Positions 1 to 14,334 of a stretch of 64,000 nt of DNA are shown piece after piece. This DNA comes from the human T2T-CHM13v2.0 reference genome, Homo sapiens: the NCBI RefSeq assembly GCF_009914755.1, contig NC_060926.1; one strand, written 5' to 3'. Made by a program: the position numbers and the translations under genes. A model generated the notes under the pieces. The model had not been told where the DNA came from. It ran no database searches and saw only the letters and a list, made by a program, of their open reading frames with translations. Positions within the stretch are counted from its first letter, which is position 1; every line of letters begins with the position of its first letter.

Positions 1-146
1 CACGCCTGGCTAATTTTGTATTTGTAGTACAGATGGGGTTTCTCCATGTTGGTCAGGCTGGTCTGGAACTCCCAAGCTCAGGTGATCTGTCTGCCTCAGC
101 CTCCCAAAGTGCTGGGATTTACAGGCGTGAGCCACCATGCCCAGCC
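1..146 (-). mobile_element. Alu left arm, AluSp-like, cut by the window edge
   Basis: Reverse complement reads GGCTGGGCATGGTGGCTCACGCCTGT...CTGACCAACATGGAGAAACC, which carries AluSp-type positions (recalled). Confidence 0.9.
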
Positions 147-670
147 GAGAATTAAATAACTTAAATGTACAGTATTTAGAATAGCGCTTGGTATGTATGA
201 ATGTTCAATAAATGTTCATTTTTTTCATGTAGAAAACAATGTATTATGGGTAAAATTAGACTTTATAAAGTTGAGTTGAGATAAAAACTGAGATAAAAAG
301 TGGTTGACATATGTAACCACTTTTATATAATGATTAGTATGGGGAAAATGCATTCTAATTACCAGACTACTGACTTCAAAAATGAGTGTTTGAAACACAA
401 CTTGTTTGTAAAATACTACATCTTTTACTAATTTTTTCATGTAGTGTTTACTATTTTTCTAGTAAGGCAAAGTGAATGATATGCCTACTGTGTGCTAATC
501 AGCACTTTCATGTCATTGCATGTAATCCACAAACAGTCCTACTAGGTAGCTAGTAAGAACTTCATTTAAAAGGAGGAAGTTGGAATTTTAGAAGGGTCCA
601 GTGATTTATGCAGATAGTAGCTGTTGTAATGTAGCCTCTATAACTCCAAGCTCAAAGCTTCTGCTACTAT
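147..670. mobile_element. Two degraded MIR fragments (about 147-215 on +, about 485-670 on -)
   Basis: MIR 3' tail ...tgttcaataaatgtt and inverted MIR-like tgtgctaatcagcactttcatg...aggaagttggaatttt; highly diverged. Confidence 0.45.
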
Positions 671-684
671 CTTCTGTTATTAAC

Positions 685-936
685 AGGGGAGAGGTTTGAT
701 ACATGTAACAACTGTTATGCTACAGGCACCAACCATTCTGGCATTATAGTGGATGCCAGAATACTAGAGGATCCCTGTTGCACCAGGTGTTAACCTTAGG
801 GTATATGGAGGTGTCTTGGTGGGGGTAGGGTCCATAGAGAAGGGGACATTTGGAGAGCTTGGAGCAGTGCCCATTTTCCAACCAGTATTTAAGTATTATA
901 TTATTTAGTATTTTAGCAACTAGTACAGCCACACTG
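685..936 (+). mobile_element. Old hAT-Tip100 DNA transposon fossil (MER115/Zaphod-like)
   Basis: Begins CAGGGG...TAACAACTG...GGCACCAACCA...GGATGCCAG and ends TTTTAGCAACTAGTACAGCCACACTG, resembling the recalled consensus. Confidence 0.4.
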
Positions 937-1165
937 TTCTTTCTGACCAAACATTAGCCATATAAAAATTTTGATATAACTAGTGTTATAATTAAGTATA
1001 AGAAAAAATTTAAAGACCATATTAATTTTTGTTTTCATGTTTTTTTCTACAAGACGTTTTTAGGACCAGGCATAATTGAGAATTTCTTCCTTGTAATTCT
1101 TGCTAAACTATAAGTACATAAATATTTGGTCCTGTTTCACTTACATTGATTGATTAATCACTGAT

Positions 1166-1305
1166 TGTTTCAGTTCATTTCCTGTTGCCATAACAAGAAT
1201 ACCTGAGACTGGGTAAATGATAAGAAAAGATAATTATTTCTTACAGTTCTGAAGGCTAGGAAGTCCAAGACTGAGCAGCCAACATGTAGTGAGGGCCTTC
1301 TTGCC
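1166..1305 (-). mobile_element. MaLR LTR fragment (MST/MLT1A-like)
   Basis: gttgccataacaagaatacctgagactgggtaa...ttacagttctgaaggctaggaagtccaaga is typical MaLR LTR sequence. Confidence 0.75.
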
Positions 1306-4300
1306 TTTATTATTTTCAGCCATTTTTTAAAAACTTTATGAACTTGTGGTAATTTAGAGGAAGAAGCTTACATGTTAATGTATTCTGTCCAAAATATTTC
1401 TCAATCTATTATAAATATCATGAAGGAGTTTATTGTTTACTTGTTTTCCAAATGTGAATTTGTTCTCAGTTATAACTTTCCTCTTGTTACATATTCTTTA
1501 TCATCAAAGAAGAATAAAACAACGATCATTTTTACCTAACAATCTACATATTATGTGCTCAAATTTGCTAAAAGATCCAATCTCTTTATTTCGTAGTTTG
1601 GAAGCAACACAAATCACTGATTGTATTTGTTCCTCTTTTATCTTTTTTATGTGGTAGAAAAATTATTTGAATTACAGATGTTAGACAGTGAATATATTTT
1701 TCTTCATTTAGATTGTAATATTACATAGAATGAAATGAATTAAATATGTTAACTCTAATGCTTTTAGCCTGAACCACATGAAATTACCAATATTTGACCT
1801 TTTTACCAATAAAAAGGACAATTTCTCCAATTTAACCCAATATAGAAGCATATATTGCCAAAAATATTGAGTACTTTGAGGTAATCTTTTTATTATTTTC
1901 TCTGTTTCTGAAGTGAATATTTAATTTTTGTTTCAGTTACTAATGGTTAGTTGTTCTCTGTTGCAACTAGCCAATGAACAGGTTTTTTATATATTTTATA
2001 TTTGATTTTTCTGGAAAGTGAACCCATCGTACTAAGATTAATTTACATGTATTGATTTGCAGTCTTCTGTGCCAATTTAAGTTTTTATGTAACATATTTT
2101 TATATAGGGCATATTTTATTATAAATATCTATGTCTATATCTGCAACAATATCTACAGCTCTATTCTCAGTGCTATAAAATCATGAGAAAATCATAGCAT
2201 TATGAAGTCCAGCAACATAGGGAACATTTAATATTTGATTAGTTTTAAGTAGCATTTGAGACTATGTGTGAGAGGCAGTGTTAAGCCTTAAATCACTCAT
2301 ATGGAGCAAATTGTCTGATAATATTTTGGTTTAAACATTTGAATAGTTATTTTTCTGCATAGTGATTTCAGTTCATTATAAACAGAGAAGATTCAGCAAG
2401 TTTCTGGAAATATTTAACATACTTCACATTTTATTTTATGGCTTTTGTATTGTCACCTGTGAAATCTAAAATTATATTCCATTTATTTTTTGTACATCTT
2501 AAAAAACTTGACAGGACAATTCTCTAAATGTAAGAAAAAAATCTAATAAACAAGAATGACTCAGAAGCTCTTTATGGTTGCACTTGCTCATTCAGGTTTT
2601 ATTTTTTGATTTGCGAGTTATTGCAAAGTCAGTAATGGCCCCATCTTTATTTACTCCTGTACATAATTTATGTAATCCAGACATCTTTTTTTGCTTATGA
2701 GGGTTTTATTTTCATGTCAGTGTGTTATTTTCCCTATCTAAACTCTTCATTATTTGTCAGATTGGCATAATATTGTGCTGCTCTGGGTAGGATTTGAAAT
2801 ATTATTCTCATCTGGTAAAAGATAGCTGTTTCTAGACATGATAAAAATCAGGCATTACTGCTGGCTTACAGAATTCCTTACATAAAATGGTTTCTTTTAC
2901 TGTTATGAGTGCCTGCACCAAAAATCTGCAGAAACTCAGAGCCTAGTGTTTCTCCCAAGTGCTGGCTGTTTTGATGCTCTAGTCACATTAACTAACCTCC
3001 TTTTCCTACATCACTGAGGATGATAGGATACTGCTGTTCTTCTGTGTATTTGCGTTTTCTCTGCCTCTCATTTAATTCTTTAAGTATTTTCACATGAGGG
3101 TACTTCTCCACCTCCTTGCACAGAGTTCTAACACCTCTCCCTGCTATGTTTTCTGTGTGTGTGTGTGCCTACTGGAAATTGTTGGAATTATTTGTGCCTA
3201 TTGGAATTTGTTGTGGTTATGTCAGAAATTTTCATTTTGTTTTGTTTTCTTCTGTATTTCTTTCTTTTATAACTTCTTAATATGTTCCTAATATGTAACT
3301 ACTAATTGCATTTTTTTTTGTCAATTATGCTGGCTGAAGTGTTTTCCCTTGAGGATTTATTAATGAGGATTCTTTAATTGGGGGTTTTGTTTCTGTTTTT
3401 TTGATAATTTTTAAAGTCACATAGGCTGAAGTATGCATCATCTAAAAGATTATGCTTTACATTGTTAATGTCATAAATACTGGACAGAGCTTGTTTATAT
3501 AAAGTCTTATAACAAATTTGATCTTTGCATATAAGCAGTTTATATGCTAATTTTAATCCTCTATAGCTGCATTTTGAAGCTGCTCCTTTAAAACATATCT
3601 ACAGGAAAAGAATTTTTAGTCTTTATGCCGATTAAAATGGTATTTATTAAAAATCTTTTTCTATAAATTAATTCAAATATATCTTCCCTCTAGTTCCCTT
3701 CAAATTAGCCTTAATTATCAAATACTGATTCATTAGTCTACCATATCTTGTTGTTTAAACTTACATGATTTCCTTCTGTTTTTATACAGAGAATGTCTTC
3801 TAAGAAGACTGTAAGTTCTGATTCAGTTTTTTCTGCTTTAGCTCCTACAACAACCTAGTGATTTGTTCTGTTGAACACAGTGGAGTCACTGTTAGACCTA
3901 TTCATTTCTTTGCTACTACCATGTAAATAAAGGATTGTGGTCTGCATTCTAGATTTTTTTAAAAACATTGAAGTAGATTTATGATAGCTTAATGAAATTT
4001 ATCTTTATAATAGTGTTTTTCTTGGAATGGTAGTGTCTTGTATGTCCAGTACCCAAAAATGTTATCATTGCTCCATTAAAATACTGGAAAATATGTGATG
4101 TCCTTTAGGATCTCCTAATTTTTGTTGATAAAGACAACAGCTCATCCCTCTGTCCTCTTCCCACTTCAGAATCAGGGACCCATTTTCTACTTTATCATCA
4201 ACAGGAACATCATTTTTTTGTTGAGCCAAATCCCACATCTTTTGCTATTTTTTATTTGGTGATTTGTTTGTTTGCTTGGTTTATTTTGTTTGTAATGGTG

Positions 4301-5026
4301 GCCCACCACCACTTTATTATATTTTGTTTGTTTTCACTTTGGGGCTAGTTAAATATGTTAAGTAATAGACTGCTGACTGGTAAAACTAATGCCTATATTT
4401 TACCATATTGCTTTAGACCTTTTAAAAAAATCATGATACCCTGTTAAGTACTTATTGGTTTCTTTTGGCTGAATCCGAAAGGGGGCAGTACAACTTTGGT
4501 GTTTAATTTGTGAAAGTATTTTTTTCTTGTTTGCTCCTACAAGTTCTAGTTCTATTCATCTAATTTGATGAATTATCCATTCATCAAACCATGGAGTTGG
4601 AAGAGACCTTCAAGGCTACCATGATTCAGAAGGAATTTAAATATAACCTCTGGTTAAATTCCTTCTTCAATAGCCCTGTCTCTTATCCAGTAATTTCATC
4701 CATATTTTTAGGATGAACCTGAACAGTGAAATCAGCAGTAGTTGTCACTGTTGCATTTCTTCCCTTCCCTTCTTTTTTCTCCACTATAGAACTTTCTAGC
4801 ACTGAAAAATAATTTCTGGCATTCTGGAAATGTAGGCAATTCCCGTTGGTAGTCATAATGAGAAAAAGAGGAATATGATATTTGAGAAAAGTAAATGAAG
4901 ATGATGTCAGTGGTAGTGATTTTTTAAGAAAGTCATGAAAATGATAAAGTGGGAAAGTAAACCTGGGATTTCAAACTGCACTCCATTGGAACCAGTGAGG
5001 AGGGATATACTACTAGAGATGTGTAA

Positions 5027-5199
5027 TAGCTGGACATGGTGGTACACACCTGGAGTCCAAGCTACTTGGGAGGCTTAGATGGAAGATCATTTGAGCCCAA
5101 GAGGTCAAGGCTGTGGTGAGCCATGATTGCGCTATTACACTCCAGCCTGGGTGCCAGAGCGAGACCCTGTCTCAAATTAAAAAATAAAAATAAAAAAGA
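5027..5199 (+). mobile_element. Alu right monomer (FRAM/AluJ-like)
   Basis: gctacttgggaggc...gtgagccatgattgc...gagaccctgtctc followed by an A-rich tail; no left arm. Confidence 0.85.
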
Positions 5200-5347
5200 A
5201 GTGTGTCAGAGATATCTCTAAGGACTCAGTGCAGCAAGAAACAGAACCTGAGAAGATATAAAGAGAAGATAGCATAAACATACTAGTCATAAACTTCTAA
5301 AGGTGCCAATATTTGGATGGAAGCAGACAGTAAAATTATATTCCAAA

Positions 5348-5420
5348 TATATATATAGGATATATATACATATATATACACGTGTATATATAGGATATAT
5401 ATACGTATAATATATATATA
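5348..5420. repeat. Compound (TA)n microsatellite
   Basis: Interrupted TA repeats, directly visible. Confidence 0.9.
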
Positions 5421-6321
5421 TATATTCCAAAAGTAAAGTAGCTTCATAAGCATTTCTATAACACTGCGCAGAGGAAGTTCTTGAAAGGTACTAGCAAGAA
5501 TGGAAAAATAAATGGAAATTACCCCTAAAGTTAAAATATATGAATTGTCATTGATCATATCTTTAGTTTGCTATCCTTCTAAAAATTTTGTTTTAGTGAC
5601 TGTAGGCCTATTGACATAGACTTTCATGTTCACTTGATCTTAATCACCTAATTCTGTTTTTCTTCACAATATATTAATTTTCTCAACCTTGAGTTCTTGA
5701 TCCAGAGATTTTCAAGAACTCTATTTTTGAAGTCAGGGAGAAACTATATAGAATTAAGAGTAATGGATGAGCTGCCAGCTCATTCACTGAGTCCCAGCCT
5801 TATTAGATCATTAACGTCAACAAGCCCAATACATTGATAAGGTACATGTTCTTGGAACTATATTTGATAAAATATTATACTTCTTCCTCTCAGAAAAATC
5901 TCTCAAGGTGTTTGCATACAAGTTACACAAAAATCACTCACTGGTCTTCCCCAAGTAATGGATATAATAAAGGTGGGCTCTCAGAACCAGATTGCTTATT
6001 TATTCCAGCTGGAGAGATACCCTTAGCAGATCTGATAGACATTTTTAGAAAATGCTTGTGAGGAAAAAAAGAGTGCTTCTTTTTTAATCTCTAATGAAAA
6101 TATTTCACTTACTGTTAATACTCTGAATAGCCTGGTTATTACGAACTTTCACAGAGATCTTTAGATTCTTTGTACTTTTTTTCAGTGAGCTCACATCCTA
6201 CTGAAGCCATATTGTCTGGGCAAGTTGCAAGAGGGGTAAACACAAAGCTTAATTCGGTGGACAGGATTTAGAATTTCCTTTGGTTCTTTGTTCCTGAAAG
6301 TGACCTGGTCATACCCAATAA

Positions 6322-6626
<305 letters not shown>

Positions 6627-8320
6627 CGGGATTCTTCTTTTCTTTGCGACAAAAGGATAATAGTTGCATTAAAATCATTTTAAAAGTAATTTAAGGCCCA
6701 CTAAGAGAGTAATCTGGAATAAACCTACTAATAGTCTGAATTAGTACTAAGTAATGGCTGAAGTATGCTCAGGCTAAAATTATTCTCTGTGATAAAAACA
6801 GTTGATAAAACAAATCTGTGGATTGCATGATTAGAGCTATGGTTATACTGAAGAAATTTGGAATCTTTTAAACAGCAAATATAAGCTAAAAACATTTTTA
6901 ATTCATTGACTGTTTGATTTCTGTTGAAATAAAGGATTCTTTGCGGTTTTATTTTATTTTATAACTTCTTGCTATGATTGGTTTCTGTTCAACTATGTAT
7001 GATATTTGTGAATTAGAATTTTTTTAAAAGTCACCTGTCAGATCAGAATGACTGGGATCTTGAAGGCTACGAGAAAGTTGCATAATACTAATACTATGAA
7101 AACAATCACTGTTAAAAGTTTATGATTTGATATAATCCAATAGCTCAGGGAAGTAGAAAGCGTATTTTCTTTCTCTAAGAATTGCCTTATTTTAAAACTA
7201 GAATGAAATTTTATTGGAATGAAATGAAAGAGAAGACATTACAACTGATTCTACAGAAACAGAATGGATCATAAGAGACCACTATGAACAATTCTACACC
7301 AACCAATTAGATTACCTAGAAGTGGATAAATGCCTAGACATATGCAGCCTATGAAGACTGAATATGAAGAAACAGAAAATCTAAAAATACCAATGACAAG
7401 TAAGGAGATTGAATTAGTAATCAAAATCTCTCATCAAAGAAAAGCCCAGGACCTGATGGCTTATGGCAAAATTCTGTCAAACATTTAAAGCAGAACTAAT
7501 ACCAGTCCTTCTCAAACTCTTCCAAAAAATCAAAGAGCAGATAATACTTTCAAACTCTTTTTATGAGGCTAGCATTACTCTGATACCAAAGCCAGACAAG
7601 GACATTTAAAAAAAGAAAATTACAGGCCAGTATCCTTATGTATATATTATGCAAATATCCTCAACAAAATACTAGCAAACCAAATGCAACAACGCATTAA
7701 AAATATCATCCACCATGATCCAGTGTTATTTATCCCTGGGATGCAAGGACAGTTCAAAATACAGAAATCAATAAATGTGATACATTGCCTTAACAGAGTG
7801 AAGGACGTATGATCATCTGATACGGATGAAGAAAAAATACTTGACAAAATTCAACATCCTTTCATGTTAAAAAACTGTCACCAAATTAGGTATAGAAGGA
7901 ACTCAACACAATAAAGACTATGTATGACATTCAGCTAACATCATACTGAATGGGAAAAGCTGAAAACTTTCCCTCTAAGGACCAGAAAAAGACAAACATA
8001 CCCACTGTTACCTCTCTTTCTCATTATAGTACTGGAAGTCCTAGCCAGCACAGTTAGGCAAGAGAAAGAAAGAAAAAGCATCCAGATAGGAAAAGAAGTA
8101 GTAAAACTATTGCTGTTTGTTGATAACATGATCTTATGTATAAAAAACCCTACAGATTCTACCAAAAAACTATTAGAATAAACAAGTACAGTAAAGTTGC
8201 AGGATACAAAAAATCAACATACAAAAATCAGAAGCGTTTCTATACACTTAAGTGAACTGTCCAAGAATCAAGAAAATAATCCCATTTACAATCGCTACAA
8301 ACAAATTTAAGAATAAATTT

Positions 8321-10167
8321 GCCTGGGCACTGTGACTCATACCTATAAACTGAGCACTTTGGGAGGCTGAAGTGGGAGGATCACTTGACACCAGGAGTTC
8401 ATGACCAGCCTGGACAGCATAGCAAGACCCCATCTCTACAAAGAATTTTGAAAGTTAGCCAGGTGCAGTGGCATGTGCCTGTAAGTCGCAGCTACTCAGG
8501 AGGCTGAGGTGTGAGTGATGTCCACAATGGCCTGTCTGGAACTGCCCCTGCAAAGAATCCAGCTGCAGGGGGGGAGGTGCAGCCAAAGCTGGGTGCTCTG
8601 AGGAGCCTGCAGGAACCAGGAACAGCACCTGCAGCCACCCAGCAGTGGCTGTAGACCCTGGCATCCCTGCGCTATCAGAAGCCTGGGAAGCCCACCCTGC
8701 CCCTGCAGGCTCCAAGACACCTGCTCCTGCTGCCTGGCCTCTCCTTGCTCCCGGTGCCTGCTCCCATTTCAGAGCAAGGTTGAAGGCGAGCTGAGGCACT
8801 CTTGTGACCAGTCAAGTGTGTGCATGCTCGGGGCTGTGCAGACATGCCAGCTCCCACTGCCACCTCAGCCCCCTCTGAAACTTTGGGAGGGAGGCCTGGG
8901 GTTGGGGAAGGCAGAGGGTGGCTGGGGCAGGCCTGTTGGCTATTCCCCTCCACAGGAATAGCCTGGCTGCCCTGGTTGACATGATTGATGGCAGCAGGAG
9001 ACAGACAGGCTCCTGGGTGGAAAGGGGCAGGTCCCTGGTGAAGCCCCACCTTCAGACTAAGGACAGCCTGAAGCGTGGGTGCTAGGCTGTTAGTTCCAGG
9101 TGGAGTCTGCCAGTCAGAGTGAAAACTTATGATGCTTTTTCCAGACCCGCCATGGCTGCCCATGGACCAGTCACCATGTACTTCCTCCCTTCTGAAGCCC
9201 ATAAAAACTCTGGACTCAGTCAGACTCATACAGACCGTTGGGACTACCAGGTGCGGGAAGGAGCTACCCATTTCAGGTCTCCTCAGCTCTTAATTACCAG
9301 CCTGCAGAAATCAGCCACCCACCATGGGTCTCCTCGCCACTGAGAGCTGGACACTCATCAGGACGACCTGCCTGCGGAAAAGAGCTACCCACTTCAGATC
9401 TCCTGAGAGCTGCTCTGTTGCTCAGTGAAGCTCCTCTCTGCCTGCTCACCCTCCAGTTGTTCGCGTACCTCATTCTTGCTGGATGGTGAGACAAGAACTT
9501 GGGACCCGCCGAATGGCACCACTGAAAGAGCAGTAACAAACAGGGCTAAAACACGCCCCCCACTCACCACAATGCGGGCGACTAGAAAGAAAGACGAGCT
9601 GTAACCCTTCTGGGAGCCCAAACCAGGGGGCTCCTTGAGCCAGTGCTGTGACACCCTCTTTGTGGCTCTGTGTATCCTGGCATCTCCAAGCTTCCACGAG
9701 CCACTGTGTTCCCAGGTGTCTCCGGTGGAAATTGCTTGCGGTATGCCTGGTCCAGCCATAGCCTTGCACGTAGCTGGTGCCTTTGCCAGCGCCTGGGGCA
9801 GCCCACCCCGCTGCAGTCAGCACGCCTGGCTCTGCGCAGTGGTCGGACCCCACGCTTGCTCACACACCCGTTGCCACTCCTTGCCAGGCTCACCCTTGGC
9901 AAGTGTGGATCTGGGCCAGTATCATGAGCTGAACTCAGTCTGCGTGCTCAAGTGGACAGAATGAGCCCAGTGGACCCTAGCAAAACTCAGGCAAAGGCGC
10001 CACTAGCCACAGAGGTTTCTGGCTGGCAAAGTGACACCCCAAGGATCCCATAATGGGAGATTTGCTTGTGCCCAGCAGTAAAGAGGCTACAGTGAGCTAT
10101 GATCCTGCTCCTGCACTCCAGCTTAGGTGACAAAGCAAGACTCTGTCTCATAAATAAATAAATAAAT
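8321..10167 (+). mobile_element. AluJ split by an LTR (8321-8515 and 10056-10167)
   Basis: Left arm plus start of right arm ends ...ggctgaggtgtgag; the right arm resumes ggagatttgcttgtgcccag...ctctgtctc with a (TAAA)n tail. Confidence 0.9.
8516..10055 (+). mobile_element. ERV1 solo LTR, MER52 family (about 1.54 kb)
   Basis: GC-rich block starting TGATG...GGCCTGTCTGGA and ending GACACCCCAAGGATCCCATAATG, matching recalled MER52 termini; degenerate 4-bp TSD TGAG/GGAG. Confidence 0.85.
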
Positions 10168-12104
10168 CTAACTACACAGGTTCACTGAAAACTAAAACAT
10201 TGATGAAAGAAATTGAAGAAGACACAAATAAATGGAAAGATATCCCATGTTTATGCATTGAAGAAACTAATATTCTTAAAATGCTCATATTACCCAAAAT
10301 TATCTACAGATTCAATACAATCCATATCAAAATTCCAACATCATTTTTCATAGAAATAGATTAAGAAATCCTAAAATTTATATGGAACCACAACAAAAAC
10401 TTGCATAGCCAAAGCAATCATGAGCAAAAAAATCAAAGCTGGAGGCATCACACTACCTGAATTCAAATTGTACTACAAACCTATAGTAATTAAAAATACT
10501 GTAGTGCTAGCAAAAAAAATTAAAATAAAAATGAACACATCCCCAGTGGACTGGAATAGAGAGCTTAGAAATGAGCCCATGCATGTATGGTCAACTGATT
10601 TATGACAAAGATGTCAACAATAAACAATGGCAAAGGATAGTCTCTTTAATAAATGATGTTGGGGAAAGCTGGATATCCACATATAGAAGAACAAAATTGG
10701 ACCCTTATTTCACTCCATATACAAAAATCAACTCAAAATGGATTAAAGACTTAAATGTTAAGACCAGAAACTGTAAAACTCCTAGAAGAAAACTTAGGGG
10801 GAAAACTGCAAAATTGGTCTGGGTATTGATTTTTTGGATTTGACCGCAAAAGTGCAGGCAACGAAAACAAAAATAGATAAAGGGGATTATATCAAATGAA
10901 AAAGCTTCTGTACAGCAAAAGAAACAATGTACAGAGACAGCCTACAGATTGGGAGAAAATATTTTCAAGTCATACATTGAATAAGGGGTTAATATCCAAA
11001 ATATATAAGAAGCCGAAACACCTGAATAGCAAGAAAATTTAAAAAAAAAACATTAAAAATTGGAAACGGACCTGAATATACATTTCTCAAAAAAAGGCAT
11101 CCAAAAGTCCAACTGATACAAGAAAAACTTCTCAACATTGCTAATCATTCAGGAAATACAAATTAAATCTGTAATGATATATAATTTCACACCTCTCAGA
11201 ATGACCATTACCAAAAAAAAAAATACAAAAGATAACAAATGTTGATGACGATGTAAAGAAAAGGAAAACTTTGTACACCGTTGGTGGAAATGTACACATG
11301 TGGAAAACTGTGTGAAGGTTCCTCAATAAACTAAAAATAGAATTATCTGATGATCCAGCAATCCCATTTCTGGATATTCACCCAAAACATTTTAAATTAG
11401 TTTGTTTTAAGAGATGTCTGCACTTCCATGTTCTCTGCAGAGCTGTTCACAATAGCCAAGTTACAGAATCAAACTAAGATGATGAATGGATAAAAAGTAG
11501 AGTATGGTAAAATTCAAGATTGCTAAGAGAGTAAATTTCAAATATTCTCACCACAAAGAATATTAAGTATTTGAGGTGGACATGTTTACTGGCTTCATTT
11601 AGTTATTTTGCATTGTATTCATAAATCATAACTTCACTTCGTATTTTATAAATATATATAGCTATTGTGAAAATACAACAAAACATTGAAATTGCAGTCA
11701 TATTTTAAGAAGGTATAATTTTTTGTAAGAGAATTGAAAATGTTTTAAAACCACAAATTTATATCTCAGTATTGACCATACTTAATGGATCTTGATGTGA
11801 TTAGGCACATAGAATATTACATTTAGAAGCAAGACCAAGGTTTTAAGAAAACTCTTTGTATCATAGAGACCTTATTATATTATTTAGATTGCACAGGAAT
11901 AATAGAATGTATGTACAGCTAAGTGGGGCTTAGTAATCATCTTTTTTGTGAGGAATAAGAAAAGTTGGAAGTGGAGCACCATGGCATTCTGTTTGCAGAT
12001 GGAAAACCTGACCAAAGATATCTTCATATTAATTTCTGAGGCTTCCAGAGTTATTGGAGATTTTAGGTTACTGGATGGGGCCTTCAGAAAATACCATAGT
12101 TAAT

Positions 12105-12327
12105 TGTAGACTGCTGGAGTTTGAAATCCAGTTCTTCCAGTTATTAGCTATGGAACCTTGGATAACTTATGTAATCTATGTTCCTCACTTTCTTTATCTG
12201 TAAAATATAGATGATAATAGCACTTCTTTATTTTCTACTTTTTAAGAACATAAGCACTTCTTAGGATTGTTGTGAGAATTAACTGTACTACTTATAATTT
12301 AGAACTCAGTAAATGTTAGCTATTATT
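12105..12327 (+). mobile_element. MIR
   Basis: Core cctcactttctttatctgtaaaatatagatgataatag and tail ctcagtaaatgttagctattatt. Confidence 0.8.
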
Positions 12328-12837
12328 TACTATATTTAAAAGCAAGAAATAAGTTTTAGTAATTTACATGACAAATGTTAGTGCTACTTAACAATGCCTG
12401 TTATCTGGAAACTTGTATTTTTAATCATTAAAGATTAATATGATTGAATTCTTTTGTGATGTAGACTATTTGTGATTTACAGAGCTATTGGTTCTTATTA
12501 AAAAAGATAAACTGCAATGATAAACTGTGGATTGATTTGAATTTGTAGAAAATCTGAGATCTTTAGCATTACATGCATGTAAAAAGAATACTTTATTAAG
12601 AGTACTTCAAACTAGGTAAGGAAAATAAGAGCTAAAGTATAGTTTTCTTTTCTGGTTTAGTAGTTTTTAAGGTCTCCATCCTTGTTATGTATAACAAAGA
12701 CTCAGATAATTACCTCTGTTTATTAGAGTTTTGTTTTTTTTTTTTTTTTTTTCAGAAAAAAATCTTAAATGGTATATGTGTATGAATATATTTTTATTGC
12801 AAAGTATTTGGGGACCTGTTTATAAGAATTTTCTTGC

Positions 12838-13160
<323 letters not shown>

Positions 13161-13769
13161 TAATAGCCTATTTCATGTCATTTTTAGTAGTTATGAGAGA
13201 GAGAGAGACGATTCAAGACTTCATAAAATTTTTGACTTTGTATTTAAACAGAAAATTAAGCTAGGAGTGCTTCTCCCCAGCCTGCCACCCCCACTAACTT
13301 AAGGACAAAAAAAAAAAAAAAATTAATTCTGAGCCATCAAGGGCATGTTTCTAGTTATATGTGAGGTTTTCAGTAAAATTTTCATTATGGAATATAACAT
13401 TTCCCTCTTTTTTGCCACAGTATTTTATTGATTGTCTACCTACACAGTTTACCTAAGAGGATAGCAAAGCTTACAAAAGATATAATCCATAAACATGATT
13501 TTAGTATGTCTATATTGATTTATTGCTGAAGTCCTATTTACTATATGTTCAAAGTTCCTTCCTAAGCTGGTGGGTCTCAGGATTATCTTTAAAGATTAGA
13601 AATATAATCTTAGAAAACTCAAGAAGTATTTACATAAATGCTAACAATGAGAGTCTAGTAATAGTCAGTGTTCATATGTGTGCTTTAGATCACAATTCTA
13701 CACGGACTGTAGATCTACATTATAATCAAGATGCCTGTAAAGAATAGAGAATCTGCCTCAGCCTAGTTC

Positions 13770-14250
13770 TGAACCAGAACTGTGGGCATGCACCTGGGGT
13801 TCTAGATTTTAAAGTGCTACTTTGGTCCTTAAGTGCATTACAGTTTGAGATTCATGCCAGATACTAATTGCATCATGCTTGCATCCTTGTATCTAAGATA
13901 TTACATGGTCATTGAGGTATGTTTGTGTGTATCATGGAAGCTTTCAAATCATTTTGACATTTAGTATTTGTATTAGAAATAACTCAGTGTTTTTCATAGA
14001 CATCTGTAAATAGTATTTTTGGAAGTTAATGTCTTATTAATATGTAGAAACTAAGCTAAATATTTGCAGTGAAATTGTTTCTCAACTGGAGAAAAAGATA
14101 TCCTTCCTTCATGCTTTTTAAAAATACCTGAGCCCTGGCCCTACCTCATACTAATTAAACCATAATATGTAAAGAATATGCTGAGTGTGAATATATTTTA
14201 AAAGTGTTTCAAGTGTTTGATTGTACAGCTGCAACTGAAAAACTGACATC
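13770..14250. mobile_element. MER5-like hAT-Charlie fragments (about 13770-13860 and 14075-14250)
   Basis: tttctcaactg...ttttaaaaatacctgagccctggccctacctc...aattaaac and acagtttgagattcatg motifs; diverged. Confidence 0.5.
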
Positions 14251-14334
14251 TGCACTAATGACCAAAAGGAGCAATGATAATTGCTAATCCAAAAATCATT
14301 TATGTTTGGCTTGAGAATCTACAGTACTCAAAAC

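Larger units (their letters stand above)
7205..11685 (+). mobile_element. 5'-truncated old LINE-1 (L1MA6-L1MA8-like), ORF2 remnant to 3'UTR, interrupted at 8321-10167
   Basis: Degenerate ORF2 ([36 protein letters not shown] in the ORF track) and L1MA-type 3'UTR tgctaagagagtaaatttcaaatattctcaccac. Confidence 0.9.

Noticed and set aside
1300-5000. Long AT-rich stretch with few recognisable repeats; possible conserved non-coding element or exon
   Set aside because: No convincing acceptor/donor pair or structure is visible, and conservation cannot be judged from one sequence.
8455-9964. Cluster of overlapping 74-198 aa ORFs on both strands
   Set aside because: All lie in the GC-rich MER52 LTR, where stop codons are rare; no recognisable domain.
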